The translations under genes were made by a program, and so were the position numbers. A stretch of DNA of 64,000 nucleotides from positions 3,904-67,903 of the IMG/VR virus record IMGVR_UViG_3300037851_001164; one strand, 5' to 3'. This stretch comes from a virus. Numbering within the stretch: position 1 is the stretch's first letter; the number at the start of each line of letters is the position of its first letter. The notes beneath the pieces are model-generated. The model was not told the origin of the DNA. It made no database searches and saw nothing but the letters and a program-made list of their open reading frames with translations. Positions 42,343 through 52,013 of the stretch are shown here, one piece after another.

Positions 42343-45300
42343 GCCGCCAGGGCGAAGAGGTCCGCCCCGCCCGCCGCCACCTGCCGCTCCTGTCGCGCCC
42401 GCCGGATCATCCCGGCGATGCCGGTGTCGTCCAGCCCCTCGAGCGGGCTGGTGAGCACCTCGCGCAGGGCATACTTCTCGGCCAGGCGCTTCCTGGCCGC
42501 CCGCTCGGTGGGGTGGTCGGCCACCAGGTCGATGAGCTCCACCTCGTGCTTCTGCCCCAGGCGATCGATGCGACCGTTGCGCTGGGCGTGCCCCTTGGCG
42601 GTGTCCGGGGTGTCGTACTGCACGAGCCACCGTCCGCGCTGCAGGTTGAGCCCCACCTGAGCCGCATCCGAGGCCACCAGGATGTCGGCCGCGGGCTCGC
42701 CCTCCTCGGGGCTGAAGGCGCGGCGCCGGGCATCCTTCTCCTTCGCCCCGTCCTCGCCGGTGACGGTGACCACCCGATGCCCCTCGCGGGTGAGACGCTC
42801 AGCAATCTGCCGCACCGCTTCGCGCGAGTGCGCGAACACCACCCCGGGTCGGCCCCGGCGCTCGCCGGCGATCTTCGTCAGGTGGTCGAGCTTGGCTGCC
42901 TGCGGGTGCTCATTCAGCACCCGCCGGTGGGCGGCATCGCGCACCATGCCGAGCGCCAGGGCGAGCCGCTTCGCGGTCGCCTCGTGCTCGGCCGCGGGCA
43001 CACCCGCGAACGCCCCGGGCGAGAGCTGGCGTAGGGCCGCGACATCCACCTGGCCGCGCATACGGGCGAGCCGGGCACGGGCGAGCAGCCGATCAGTGCC
43101 CTCGAGCGCGGCCTTCTGGGCGCCGTTGACCGGCACGGTCTCCTCGCGCCGCTCGGCGCGCACCCCGGAGCCGATGCGCCCCGGGTAGAAGTGGCGCAGC
43201 ATCTCGCGGCGCAGCTGCTCCTTCGCCGCCGCCGTGTCCACCCCGTAGCGGCGCAGGAAGGCATCCCGGTCCGCGTAGCGCACCGGGTCCATCTTGTGCA
43301 GGATGTCGAAGGCCTCAGAGGGGTCGTTCTTGACCGGATCTGCAGAGGCCGACACGTAGTACGGGGTCTCGTGGGCCACCGCATCCACCACGTGGGCGAG
43401 CAGGCTGCTCTGCTTGCCGCGGCGGTTCAGCAGATCGTGCCCCTCGTCCACCATCAGGTAGTCGAAGCCGATGCCCTCGCGCCCCAGGGTGTCGCGGGCC
43501 CAGGAGCGGCGCTCGCCCTCGCTCATGGCAGACAGGCGCTGGGCCATCTCGGCCTCGCCGATGCCGGCATGCTTGGCGCCCAGGTGAGCCAGGTCGTCGC
43601 GCAGAGCCTGGTGGGTGACCACGGCGAAGTGGGTGTTCGCATCGCGATAGGCGGCCAGGCGCGACTCGCGAGAGGCGCCGGGCTCGATGTGCCAGCGGTA
43701 CTTGCCCGGCTTCAGGTAGCGCAGGGCCTCGCCCGCGAACTGCCCCTGCACCACCGAGGGGACCACGAACAGACCGCGCTTGACCTTGCCCTGGCCGTGC
43801 AGGTGGGTGAAGGCGCCCAGGCCGATGACGGTCTTGCCCGAGCCCACACCCTGGGCCAGCACCACGCGCCTGCCGTGCTCGATGAGCTTCACCGCGCGCT
43901 GCTGGTTGACGTACTTGCCGTCCATCGACGCGCGCCACAGGGCCACCGGCTGCCCGGGGCGAAAGTTCGGGCCCACCACCCCCATCATGCCGGCGATGGC
44001 ATGCTCGGCGGCGGCGCCCAGGGTGTGGCGCTCGTCGGCGGCGAGCGGTAGCTCTTTCGCCGGCTCTGGCTCGGTCGCGAAGAAGCCCATCTGTGACTGC
44101 TGCATGGCCTCGACCCGCTCGCGAGCCGCCGCCAGCTTGTCGGACACCGCGCCGGAGGCGTAGCGCCCGGCCACCCGGTCGCGCAGGCTGTCGATGAGCG
44201 CGCGCTGCTCGGCCAGGCGCCGCTCGCGGGCCTGCGGGTCCACCGCGTCCAGGTGATCCAGGTTCCCCCGCACCACGGTGCGCCCGAGCTTCAGCGGCGA
44301 GTGTGGGGCGAGCTTGTTGTAGGCATCGGCGAAGGCCTTCGCCACCCGCCCGCGCACCAGGTCCTGCACCGCCGTGTAGGCCTGCGGCTGGCCGCCCATC
44401 ACCTGCACGTAGCGGCCCCAGGTGAGCCCTGAGGCGTTGAGTTGCTCGGCGAGCTCATCGCGGCGGGCCTTCCAGGCGGTCCACGCCGGGTTGGTGCCGC
44501 GCCCGAACATGTCGTCCACCTCCCGCTCGGGCTCGTTGGCCGCCAGGTCCTCGAGCTGACCGCGCAGCTCGGCGGTCCGCGGGTCCTCGTGAGCCACGTT
44601 GGCGGCGAACCAGTCGCGCAGGGCCCGGCGCTCGCGCGGAGCCAGATCGCCCACCGGGCGGTAGGCCACGGTGCCCGCTGGCTCGTGGGCCAGCGCCCGG
44701 TGCAGGGCCTCGACTGCCGAGCGGTCCACCGGGAAGCTCTGGCGGTGCAGAGGCGAGCGCCGGGCGCCGAAGCGGTCTGCGACGAAGGCATCGGCCAGGG
44801 CCTCGAAGGCCTCCTGGTGGGCCTCGGCGCGCACCGGCTTGCCCTTGGCGTCCTTCAGCGGCGCCACCTGGTCGATGGCCGCGAAGTAGGCCGTGCGCTG
44901 GTCCTCCGGGACCTTCCGTGCCAGGTCCTGGGAGAGTAGATCGGCCAGGATGTCGGCCGGCGGATCGCCGTCCGCGGTGCGCCCACCGATGTAGTCGCGC
45001 ACCGACTGCGCCAAGTCATTGCCCGGGGTGAAGGGTTCGGCGAGCCGCGGGGCCACCCCGGCTGGCACCGGCATGGCCAGATCTGGCCGGTCGGAGATCC
45101 CGAGCGGCAGCCAGCCGGGCTCGTCGCGCCGCCCCTCGATGATGTCGAGCGCCGCCCGCGCGTGCTCCAGGTCCTCGCGCGCCACCGGCCGCGACAGCCG
45201 GTCCAGCCCCGCCGGAGTGACCGAGAGCATGCGCTGTCCGGCCACCTCGTCCACCTGGTAGTCGCCATCGCCCAGGCCGATGGCGCGGGCCCGGGCGATG

Positions 45301-47579
45301 GCGGACTCCAGACTCGCGGTGCCCATGGGCACCTGCAGGGGCGCGTCGCGCCGGCCCTGCTTCAGGGCCACGATAAGCGCGGCGTTGGCCTCGAACTCGC
45401 CCAGGGCCACGCCCAGCGCCCGCCGGGCCTCGGCCAGGGCCTGCGCGCGGCGCCGGTTGGCCTCCTGGGCCAGGGCCAGATCGTGGCCGTCCACGGCGGC
45501 GCCCACGTCGATCTCCGCGGCCACCTGGCGCGCGGCCGCGGCCTGCGCCAGTGCCCGCTTGCCCTCCTCCTGGTAGCGCCCCACGTGCCACTGCTCGAGC
45601 GCGCCGAGCGCGTCGGCCACGTCCTCGGCAGACAGGTCCGCGTGCAGGCGCCGGGCGAGCACCTGGGCCGCCCCGGCCACGCCCAGCACGTCCACCACGT
45701 CGCGATCCACCAGCGAGGCCCCGCCCGCGGCCAGCGCCAGGGCGTTCACCGCGTTGTGGGCGCCCACGCCCACGTGCCGGCCCAGGGACTCGGCGCCGCC
45801 GAGCTTCCCCACCTCGTCCAGGAACGAGCGGGTGGCGATGCTGGCCAGGTCGTCAGCCAGCATGGACCGGATCTCGTCGTCCTCGACCGGCCGCTTGCCC
45901 ACCTCCAGCACGTAGGCCTTCTCCTCTGGCACCGGGGCCTGCTCGATCTTGCGCAGGGCCTCGCGGGCCTGGGCGCGCACCTGCTGCAGGGCCTTGCTCG
46001 CCTTCAGGAGCTCCACCGCCTCGCGGGCCGGCAGCACCCTGGCGCGGTCCACCGTGGGGGCCTCGATGCGCACCTGGTCCAGCTCGCGCCGAATGCCCTC
46101 GACGGTGGCCTTGCGCCTGGCCAGCCCCTCGCGCTGCTCCTCGGGGCGCTGGGCGCGCAAGCGCTCGGCCTCGGCCCGCACCTCCTCCTCGGTGGCGCCC
46201 GCGGCCTGCGCCCGCTTGCCGTAATCGGTGGCGTAGCCCAGCCCCCGATCGGGCGGGGCCACCGGGTCGAGATCCGTAGTCGCGAGGGTATCCGGGTCGT
46301 CGGAGTGCAGGGGGATCTCGCCGAAGGCCTCGTCGCGCGCCTCGGCATCGGCGAGCAGGCGCTGGCGCTGGGCCTCGACGGACTCCTGGGCGCGCGCCAG
46401 CAGCTCGGCGTGGTGCTTGAGGCGGGCCTTGTTCTCGGCCTGCTCGGTCATGGGCCGCTCTGGCTGCCACTCCAGGTCCTCGGGCGACCAGCCCATGGCC
46501 CGGGCCACGGTGTGGATGAGCTCGCGCTCCTGGGCGCGCACCTGGGTGGAAACCGCCTCCTTCTGCTTCCTCTTGGCGACGTAGGTGCCGGCTTCCTTGT
46601 CGCGCCTCCTCTGCTCGGCCTGGCGCGCCCGGTGGGCCTCTGCTTTGGCCCTGGCCTCCTTCTTGTACTCTGCCTCGCTCCTGACCCCGCGCAGCTTGAG
46701 GTAGTTGAGCTTGCCGCCGGCACCGCCCACCACGTGGAACACGCCGGAGCCCTCCTTGGTCTCGCGGATCAGGACCGGGGTTCCTTTGGATTCCTTATCC
46801 CCGTGTGCATGGATCGTTATCCATCTCTCACCTGGTCTAAGCGCCTTATCGAGCGCCAGAGCCTCCGGCTCGTCACCGCGCCAGAGATCGATGGATACGC
46901 CCCGGGCGAGGGGCGGGTGCGCCTTGAGCAGCCCGTCCAGAGTAGCTAGACTGTGATTCGTCCGACCACTACCGGCCTCGCAAGAGGTGGTGACACCCGG
47001 GGGAGCAATCCCGCCCCCATTTGGGGCTTCAAGCTGGGGGAATGTGGAGCAAGGCCCGCTCTTCTGGAGCGGGCCTTCATTTTTCCGTCCTCCACGACGG
47101 TGCATTAGCCTTGCAACATTTTCGATGGAACGGAAATGCGCACTGCTGAAGCCATACGTCTTCGATGGCGGGTGCCACTTCAAGACAACCGTGTAATGCT
47201 CGCCGCCGACGTTGCGCTCCAAGAACAGATCGGCATCCCAATCGCGCAATCGCCGCGTCGGGTACTCGATGACTGAGAGGATGCGCCCCATCGCCTGCGC
47301 CCGCCTGGCGTCGAATACGCGCACCCCGGTCTTCTGCCTCCCGCCCGCATCCGTCGTGTAGGCGTGGTCGTTCCTGGCATCGAACCGCACCCGGATCGGG
47401 ATCTCGCGCCCGCCCGAGTGCACCACCAGCGGCAGGGTCTTGCCGCCCAGGTGCTCGCGCCAGTAGGCGCTGGCGTCGTCATGGGTGGCGAGGTGCACGC
47501 TCGACGGCACGTGCGTGCCACCGTGCTGCGGCCCCCACCAGCCCTGGCCCGGGCCCTTGAGCAGCAGCAGGGCGCGCAT
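42339..47579 (-). CDS. Giant SNF2-type helicase polyvalent protein (1746 aa) with an N-terminal nuclease-like domain
   Basis: AQGVGSGKT, VDEGH, SDAAQVGLNLQ, QRNGRIDRLGQ; start MRALLLLKG at 47579. Confidence 0.85.
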   Translation of the reverse strand: MRALLLLKGPGQGWWGPQHGGTHVPSSVHLATHDDASAYWREHLGGKTLPLVVHSGGREIPIRVRFDARNDHAYTTDAGGRQKTGVRVFDARRAQAMGRILSVIEYPTRRLRDWDADLFLERNVGGEHYTVVLKWHPPSKTYGFSSAHFRSIENVARLMHRRGGRKNEGPLQKSGPCSTFPQLEAPNGGGIAPPGVTTSCEAGSGRTNHSLATLDGLLKAHPPLARGVSIDLWRGDEPEALALDKALRPGERWITIHAHGDKESKGTPVLIRETKEGSGVFHVVGGAGGKLNYLKLRGVRSEAEYKKEARAKAEAHRARQAEQRRRDKEAGTYVAKRKQKEAVSTQVRAQERELIHTVARAMGWSPEDLEWQPERPMTEQAENKARLKHHAELLARAQESVEAQRQRLLADAEARDEAFGEIPLHSDDPDTLATTDLDPVAPPDRGLGYATDYGKRAQAAGATEEEVRAEAERLRAQRPEEQREGLARRKATVEGIRRELDQVRIEAPTVDRARVLPAREAVELLKASKALQQVRAQAREALRKIEQAPVPEEKAYVLEVGKRPVEDDEIRSMLADDLASIATRSFLDEVGKLGGAESLGRHVGVGAHNAVNALALAAGGASLVDRDVVDVLGVAGAAQVLARRLHADLSAEDVADALGALEQWHVGRYQEEGKRALAQAAAARQVAAEIDVGAAVDGHDLALAQEANRRRAQALAEARRALGVALGEFEANAALIVALKQGRRDAPLQVPMGTASLESAIARARAIGLGDGDYQVDEVAGQRMLSVTPAGLDRLSRPVAREDLEHARAALDIIEGRRDEPGWLPLGISDRPDLAMPVPAGVAPRLAEPFTPGNDLAQSVRDYIGGRTADGDPPADILADLLSQDLARKVPEDQRTAYFAAIDQVAPLKDAKGKPVRAEAHQEAFEALADAFVADRFGARRSPLHRQSFPVDRSAVEALHRALAHEPAGTVAYRPVGDLAPRERRALRDWFAANVAHEDPRTAELRGQLEDLAANEPEREVDDMFGRGTNPAWTAWKARRDELAEQLNASGLTWGRYVQVMGGQPQAYTAVQDLVRGRVAKAFADAYNKLAPHSPLKLGRTVVRGNLDHLDAVDPQARERRLAEQRALIDSLRDRVAGRYASGAVSDKLAAARERVEAMQQSQMGFFATEPEPAKELPLAADERHTLGAAAEHAIAGMMGVVGPNFRPGQPVALWRASMDGKYVNQQRAVKLIEHGRRVVLAQGVGSGKTVIGLGAFTHLHGQGKVKRGLFVVPSVVQGQFAGEALRYLKPGKYRWHIEPGASRESRLAAYRDANTHFAVVTHQALRDDLAHLGAKHAGIGEAEMAQRLSAMSEGERRSWARDTLGREGIGFDYLMVDEGHDLLNRRGKQSSLLAHVVDAVAHETPYYVSASADPVKNDPSEAFDILHKMDPVRYADRDAFLRRYGVDTAAAKEQLRREMLRHFYPGRIGSGVRAERREETVPVNGAQKAALEGTDRLLARARLARMRGQVDVAALRQLSPGAFAGVPAAEHEATAKRLALALGMVRDAAHRRVLNEHPQAAKLDHLTKIAGERRGRPGVVFAHSREAVRQIAERLTREGHRVVTVTGEDGAKEKDARRRAFSPEEGEPAADILVASDAAQVGLNLQRGRWLVQYDTPDTAKGHAQRNGRIDRLGQKHEVELIDLVADHPTERAARKRLAEKYALREVLTSPLEGLDDTGIAGMIRRARQERQVAAGGADLFALAA

Positions 47580-50251
47580 CACCCGGCCTTCAGCAGCAGG
47601 ATGCGTGCGGCCTTGCGCAGGCCCCGCCCACCGACCCATGCCGGCACGGCATGCCCCATGTCCTCCAGGTAGCGGTGAGCAGCATCGGTCAGCGTCACAT
47701 CGGGCACGCCGCCCACGTCGCGCAGCACCGCCTCGGGGTCGATGCCCTTCTCGCGCGCCAGCGCCCGGAACTGCTCGATGCGCTGATAGGCGGTATGCAG
47801 GTCTGACCAATCCATGCCGGCCGCGGTCTCGGCCTGGTAGCGACCGCCGGCAGAAGGTCTGCCATCGAGCACGCGCGCATGCTCCAGGCTCTGCGCCGCT
47901 GCGCGCAGCTTGGCCGCGGACACGGCGATACGGGTGCGCACGCTCTCGGGGACCCGACCACTTAGGCTGGCAATACGGTCCTCCACCTGGGCGAGTCGGC
48001 GGGTGAGCGCCGGATCCACTGGCTGCCCGCGCGCCTGGCGGGTGAACATCCAATACTGTCGCTGCCGCTCCGCCTCCAGATTGGAGCGCTCACGCTCGGC
48101 CTCCTCCAGTGACAGAGAACCGACATCCGTCATGGTGCCAAGTGCCGCAGACGGCTGCGTTACCAGCTCTTCGGCTGGCGGTAGTGCCGGCTCGGCAGCG
48201 GGCGGTGCCCCGTCGCCCACCCCGGCCAGGCGCTTGGCATGGTACAGGGCGGCATTGGAGCGCTGGCGCTGCCAGGCGCCCTCGCTCGGCGCCCAGCGAA
48301 AGCCCGCCTGCTTGAGCTGCCGGCGGGTGGCCTCGTCGGGCTTGCCGGGGAAGAACACCTGCACCCGGTTGGCCTCCGGGCTATCCACCACCCTGGCCGC
48401 GGCGCCCTCCCACTCGCCCGCCGGGGTCGCGTCCACCCGGTGCATGGTGTCGATACGTGCCTTGAGCCGCCGGATCTCCGCGCCCATGTTCTGCAGCTGA
48501 TAGCTCGGGATGCCGATGCGCCCGCCATAGACTGAGCCGTCTGGCGTCTTCAGCTTCGCTATCGTGCTCTCGGACAGGCCCATGGCGGCCAGGGCGGCGT
48601 CATCGCCCCGGCGCAGCGCCGCGTTGATGGCTACAAACTGCTCGCGTTGCCGCTCGAGCTTGGCCAGCTTCTCCTGCAGCTTGGCCACGGCATCAGGGTC
48701 GTCCGAGGAGACCGCGCTGCTACTCTCGGCAGCATCCGCCCGGCGCTCCAGGTCAGCCGCCTCCTTGCTGGCCTCGACACCGGCACGCATGGATCGGTCG
48801 ATCTTCCTGATGTCGCTGCGGTGGCGCTTCTCGCTGTGATGCCCGACCAGGATGGGCTGCCCCAGCGGGATCATGTCGCCGATCTTCTTCGCCCGGTCGA
48901 AGGCAGCGGCCGCCTCGACGCGCCGCTTCTCCGCGCGCGCCCGCAGCCGCTCGATGTGGGCCTCGCGCCGCTCGGCGAAGTCCGCTCGGCCGCCGGAGCG
49001 CTGCGTCGGGCTCAGGACCGGCAGACTGGAGAGCTTGGTGACCAAGCTCTCTACCAGGTGATGCCGCTCCATCATGCTCGGTCGGATCACGTCTGGAGAA
49101 CCACGCTCCCAGCCGGGCGGCATGCGCTGATCTTCGGGTACCAGCCGGGCCACACCGTGTCGGTTATCTTCGCCGGTGGGGCGGTAGTACAGGGCCATGT
49201 TTAGGTTGGCGAGGAGCTGATCCCGAGTCAGGGTGAGCACTGCATCCTCGGCGATGCGCCGTACCGCAGCCCACCTCGACTTGCTATCTTCTGGCAGAAC
49301 ATCGAGCCCCTGCTTTGGCAGCGGGGTGTACCAAGACGGAGTCTCCGGCTCGCTTGGTGCGGCTGGTACGGGCGGAGGCTCGCTCATCGGGCGCACCTGC
49401 GAAATCGCCGCAGTGAACTCGCGCCCCTCGGGATCGCGCAGGCGAAGCCGCAGCCCGCCGGGCAGCACCTCCGGGACGGTGTGCGGACCCTTGCGGTGCT
49501 TCTGGGCGCCGAAGGTCTCGACCTTCTGGCCCGGGGTGAACGGGGCAGGCTCGTCGTCTTCGTCCGGTCCCTGCGGGGCGGGTGCGGCCCGTGCGTCCGG
49601 GTTGACCTCGACCCACTGCTGCACCCACTTCTTGGCCGCGGTCAGGTTCTCGAGATCGTGTTTCTCGCCATGGGTGGCAAGGGTCTGCGGGTCGAACACG
49701 TAAGCGGTATATCTGCCGCCGAGCAACGGCCCGGCAAGGCGTGCCACGAGACCACCAGGCAGCTCAGTGCGCCGGTATCCGTCCGGGGTCTGCGACTCGT
49801 GATGCCACTGGATCCGGGTGCTCTCATGAGGCGTGTCGCTCTGCGCACCTGGGCTGCCATTCCCGCGCCCAGTCATCACCGCCTCCAGAGCGCGCGGATT
49901 GCTGGAATTGGGATCGTAGAGCTTCGCCTTCTTCCTGCGTCCTTTCTGGCCGCGCTTCAGATGGCCCGATATACCCGTGGAGTTCATGTACTTCTGGCGC
50001 CAGGCCCAAGCGTCCTCCCGCGACTCAGCCCAGAACATTTCCTCGCCATCATCGTTCACGATCGACCACCCCATGGGGGGGCGCGACTCGCTCTTATCCG
50101 GGGCCTTCTTGCGCGTGGCCGTGTACGGTGCCACGTAGGTGCCCTGCGGGTTCACGTAGCCCGACACCTGGACCGGGGTCTCGAACAGGTCCGCGGTCTG
50201 CTTATCGCCGCGCCGGCGGGCCTTCATGAACAGCAGTGCGCGCATCGTCAT
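47579..50251 (-). CDS. Polyvalent protein with a DUF3560 domain
   Basis: IPLGQPILVGHHSEKRHR..IDRSM, AVSSDDPDAV.KL, NRVQVFFPGKPDE..R.LK..GFRWAPS. Confidence 0.8.
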   Translation of the reverse strand: MTMRALLFMKARRRGDKQTADLFETPVQVSGYVNPQGTYVAPYTATRKKAPDKSESRPPMGWSIVNDDGEEMFWAESREDAWAWRQKYMNSTGISGHLKRGQKGRRKKAKLYDPNSSNPRALEAVMTGRGNGSPGAQSDTPHESTRIQWHHESQTPDGYRRTELPGGLVARLAGPLLGGRYTAYVFDPQTLATHGEKHDLENLTAAKKWVQQWVEVNPDARAAPAPQGPDEDDEPAPFTPGQKVETFGAQKHRKGPHTVPEVLPGGLRLRLRDPEGREFTAAISQVRPMSEPPPVPAAPSEPETPSWYTPLPKQGLDVLPEDSKSRWAAVRRIAEDAVLTLTRDQLLANLNMALYYRPTGEDNRHGVARLVPEDQRMPPGWERGSPDVIRPSMMERHHLVESLVTKLSSLPVLSPTQRSGGRADFAERREAHIERLRARAEKRRVEAAAAFDRAKKIGDMIPLGQPILVGHHSEKRHRSDIRKIDRSMRAGVEASKEAADLERRADAAESSSAVSSDDPDAVAKLQEKLAKLERQREQFVAINAALRRGDDAALAAMGLSESTIAKLKTPDGSVYGGRIGIPSYQLQNMGAEIRRLKARIDTMHRVDATPAGEWEGAAARVVDSPEANRVQVFFPGKPDEATRRQLKQAGFRWAPSEGAWQRQRSNAALYHAKRLAGVGDGAPPAAEPALPPAEELVTQPSAALGTMTDVGSLSLEEAERERSNLEAERQRQYWMFTRQARGQPVDPALTRRLAQVEDRIASLSGRVPESVRTRIAVSAAKLRAAAQSLEHARVLDGRPSAGGRYQAETAAGMDWSDLHTAYQRIEQFRALAREKGIDPEAVLRDVGGVPDVTLTDAAHRYLEDMGHAVPAWVGGRGLRKAARILLLKAG

Positions 50252-50439
50252 GCCCCCACGTGGCCAATCATCATCAGCTCGTCCAGATCGTACTGGCCAC
50301 GCCACGGCGGGCCCCGGTCCCACTCCACCCAGCACCAGCGGGTCTCGGCATCGAAGCTACGCACCGTTCCGGTGACCCCGGTTTCGCGCAGCCCAGCGCG
50401 CCGGCAGCGTACCCGGTCGCCAGGCATCAGCGTGGTCAA
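50248..50439 (-). CDS. Small SH3/KOW-like protein
   Basis: PGDRVRC...GVTGTV....WCWVEWD; start uncertain. Confidence 0.5.
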   Translation of the reverse strand: MTTLMPGDRVRCRRAGLRETGVTGTVRSFDAETRWCWVEWDRGPPWRGQYDLDELMMIGHVGA

Positions 50440-50618
50440 CCGCGCCTCTTTCGACGTGGCGCCCTTTGGTCGAACACGCGGCGCGCCACGCTCACCTCGC
50501 GCATGCGTCTCCAATAATGCGCCCACGGATACCCGACGATGAACCAGCGCACCGTGCGCTCGGCATCGGTCATGGGCATCTCGACCATGTGCAGATAGGG
50601 TGCGAACTGGTAGCTCAC
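50436..50618 (-). CDS. Hypothetical protein
   Basis: GTGA overlap with the upstream peptide. Confidence 0.4.
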   Translation of the reverse strand: MSYQFAPYLHMVEMPMTDAERTVRWFIVGYPWAHYWRRMREVSVARRVFDQRAPRRKRRG

Positions 50619-50737
50619 CGCCCCCGCCTCTTGCCGCAGTACATGCAGGCCCCGCTCCACGCGGAACAGCATACGATCAGCGCCCCGGCGATGCCGATCG
50701 CGAGCGATCCGACCATGTAGTACGCGCACTCGGTCAT
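50615..50737 (-). CDS. 40-aa membrane peptide after the endolysin
   Basis: GAGGT SD; MTECAYYMVGSLAIGIAGALIVCC; absent from the ORF track because of its length. Confidence 0.45.
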   Translation of the reverse strand: MTECAYYMVGSLAIGIAGALIVCCSAWSGACMYCGKRRGR

Positions 50738-50749
50738 GTAGTTACCTCG

Positions 50750-51280
50750 TCAGGCGTAGGCCCGGTTGAGCCAGCCGCGCAGGAACACCTCGCGCGAAAC
50801 ATCCCGGGCAGCCAGGGCACGGTAGAAGCCGGCAGCCTCGGCGCGCAGCGCCACCAGCAAGGTCAGCTCGGGCGTGGCGTTGGCGGCCCCGAGTGTCATG
50901 GGCCCCAGCACCCCGTCCTCGACGATGGGCAGACCCGCCGCGCGCAGCGCCCGCTGCAAGATCCGGTGTGCCTGCTTGGCGCCCATGTTGACGGCGAGAT
51001 CGAGCACCTTGGCGGCGATGAGGTCCGAGCGCAGCCGCTCGTAGCCGTGACGCTCCCACCAGTGACGGCGGTAGAGCTCGGCGGCTCGCTCGCGGGTGAG
51101 CCCGCGCACGTCGGCCGCGGTGACCTCGCCATCCAGGTCGATGTCCCCCTCGGCGCCCAGGCCCTCGAGGAAGCGCAGGCTGATGCCGTAGCGGGTGCTC
51201 CCGCCCGGATCTGCCGGGTGATCCACGTAGCCGCCCTCGTGGGCGAGCACGGTGGCAAGCGCTGGCGCGAACGCGGCCAT
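50750..51280 (-). CDS. Endolysin: glycoside hydrolase family 108 plus peptidoglycan-binding domain
   Basis: HEGGYVDHPADPGGSTRYGIS, D.AVNMG, DGVLGPMT, FLRGWLNR. Confidence 0.92.
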   Translation of the reverse strand: MAAFAPALATVLAHEGGYVDHPADPGGSTRYGISLRFLEGLGAEGDIDLDGEVTAADVRGLTRERAAELYRRHWWERHGYERLRSDLIAAKVLDLAVNMGAKQAHRILQRALRAAGLPIVEDGVLGPMTLGAANATPELTLLVALRAEAAGFYRALAARDVSREVFLRGWLNRAYA

Positions 51281-51282
51281 GC

Positions 51283-51666
51283 TCAGGGCTCTATGCGCCG
51301 CGGATGGACGACTCCCATTCGCTCTTCCATCCTGGAAATCCGCTCTCTGATGTCGTCCAACTTGTCGCCGATCTTTTGAAATGCTGCGTCCATTGCCAAA
51401 CTTCTACGCTCGCACTCCGTCACACGCTGCTCCAATAGCTGGACCCCCTTGATGCCAGAGCTGATCACCTCCCTGAAATCACGCTCCAGTGCCTCAATGC
51501 GGCCCGACAGCCGTAGATCTAGCTGCCTCCCATCGGTGCCGGTAAACGGATCCGGCCTCGGCGGATCGAGGACACGCAATGCCGCACCGCTGCCACCACC
51601 GGCCAGAGTTGACAGTACCACGACCATGGCAAGCTGCTGCAGGGTCAGGTTGCCTAGCCCAGCCAC
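51283..51666 (-). CDS. Membrane-anchored coiled-coil protein (holin/spanin-like)
   Basis: One N-terminal TM followed by a coiled coil; adjacent to the endolysin. Confidence 0.5.
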   Translation of the reverse strand: MAGLGNLTLQQLAMVVVLSTLAGGGSGAALRVLDPPRPDPFTGTDGRQLDLRLSGRIEALERDFREVISSGIKGVQLLEQRVTECERRSLAMDAAFQKIGDKLDDIRERISRMEERMGVVHPRRIEP

Positions 51667-51767
51667 GACAGCACCTGCAGCAGCAGCAACGAGATACCGA
51701 GCCAGAGCAGCCCGATCGCAACTGCGATCCCGAAGATCTCCACCCCCACCGACGGCCGCAAGCTCAT
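51654..51767 (-). CDS. 37-aa hydrophobic peptide
   Basis: MSLRPSVGVEIFGIAVAIGLLWLGISLLLLQVLSWLG; GAAGGGG SD. Confidence 0.5.
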   Translation of the reverse strand: MSLRPSVGVEIFGIAVAIGLLWLGISLLLLQVLSWLG

Positions 51768-52003
51768 GTGCGCCCCTTCTCCGATCCGATCGTGGTCAGT
51801 GTCACGTCACGACCGGACACACCGGGAGCGTCCAGCCGCACCGGCCAGTGATACGGACAGGCAGCGCTCTCGTAAGGCGGACGCATCAGCGAGCACTGCT
51901 CACCGGCGGGCAGACGCCGCCCGGCCACGTAGCGCCAGCAGCTCGTGCGCCGCTCGCACCAGTCGCCGGTGCACAGGGTGATGTCGTGGTAGCGCACGGG
52001 CAT
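51764..52003 (-). CDS. Cys-rich hypothetical protein
   Basis: LC.G..C.RR..C.RY...CPYHW. Confidence 0.55.
   Translation of the reverse strand: MPVRYHDITLCTGDWCERRTSCWRYVAGRRLPAGEQCSLMRPPYESAACPYHWPVRLDAPGVSGRDVTLTTIGSEKGRT
51798..51813 (-). promoter_or_regulatory. Candidate late promoter GTCGTGAC-N2-GACACT for the lysis cassette
   Basis: 30 nt upstream of ATG 51767, within the 3' end of the preceding ORF. Confidence 0.45.
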
Positions 52004-52013
52004 GGCGCCAGGA

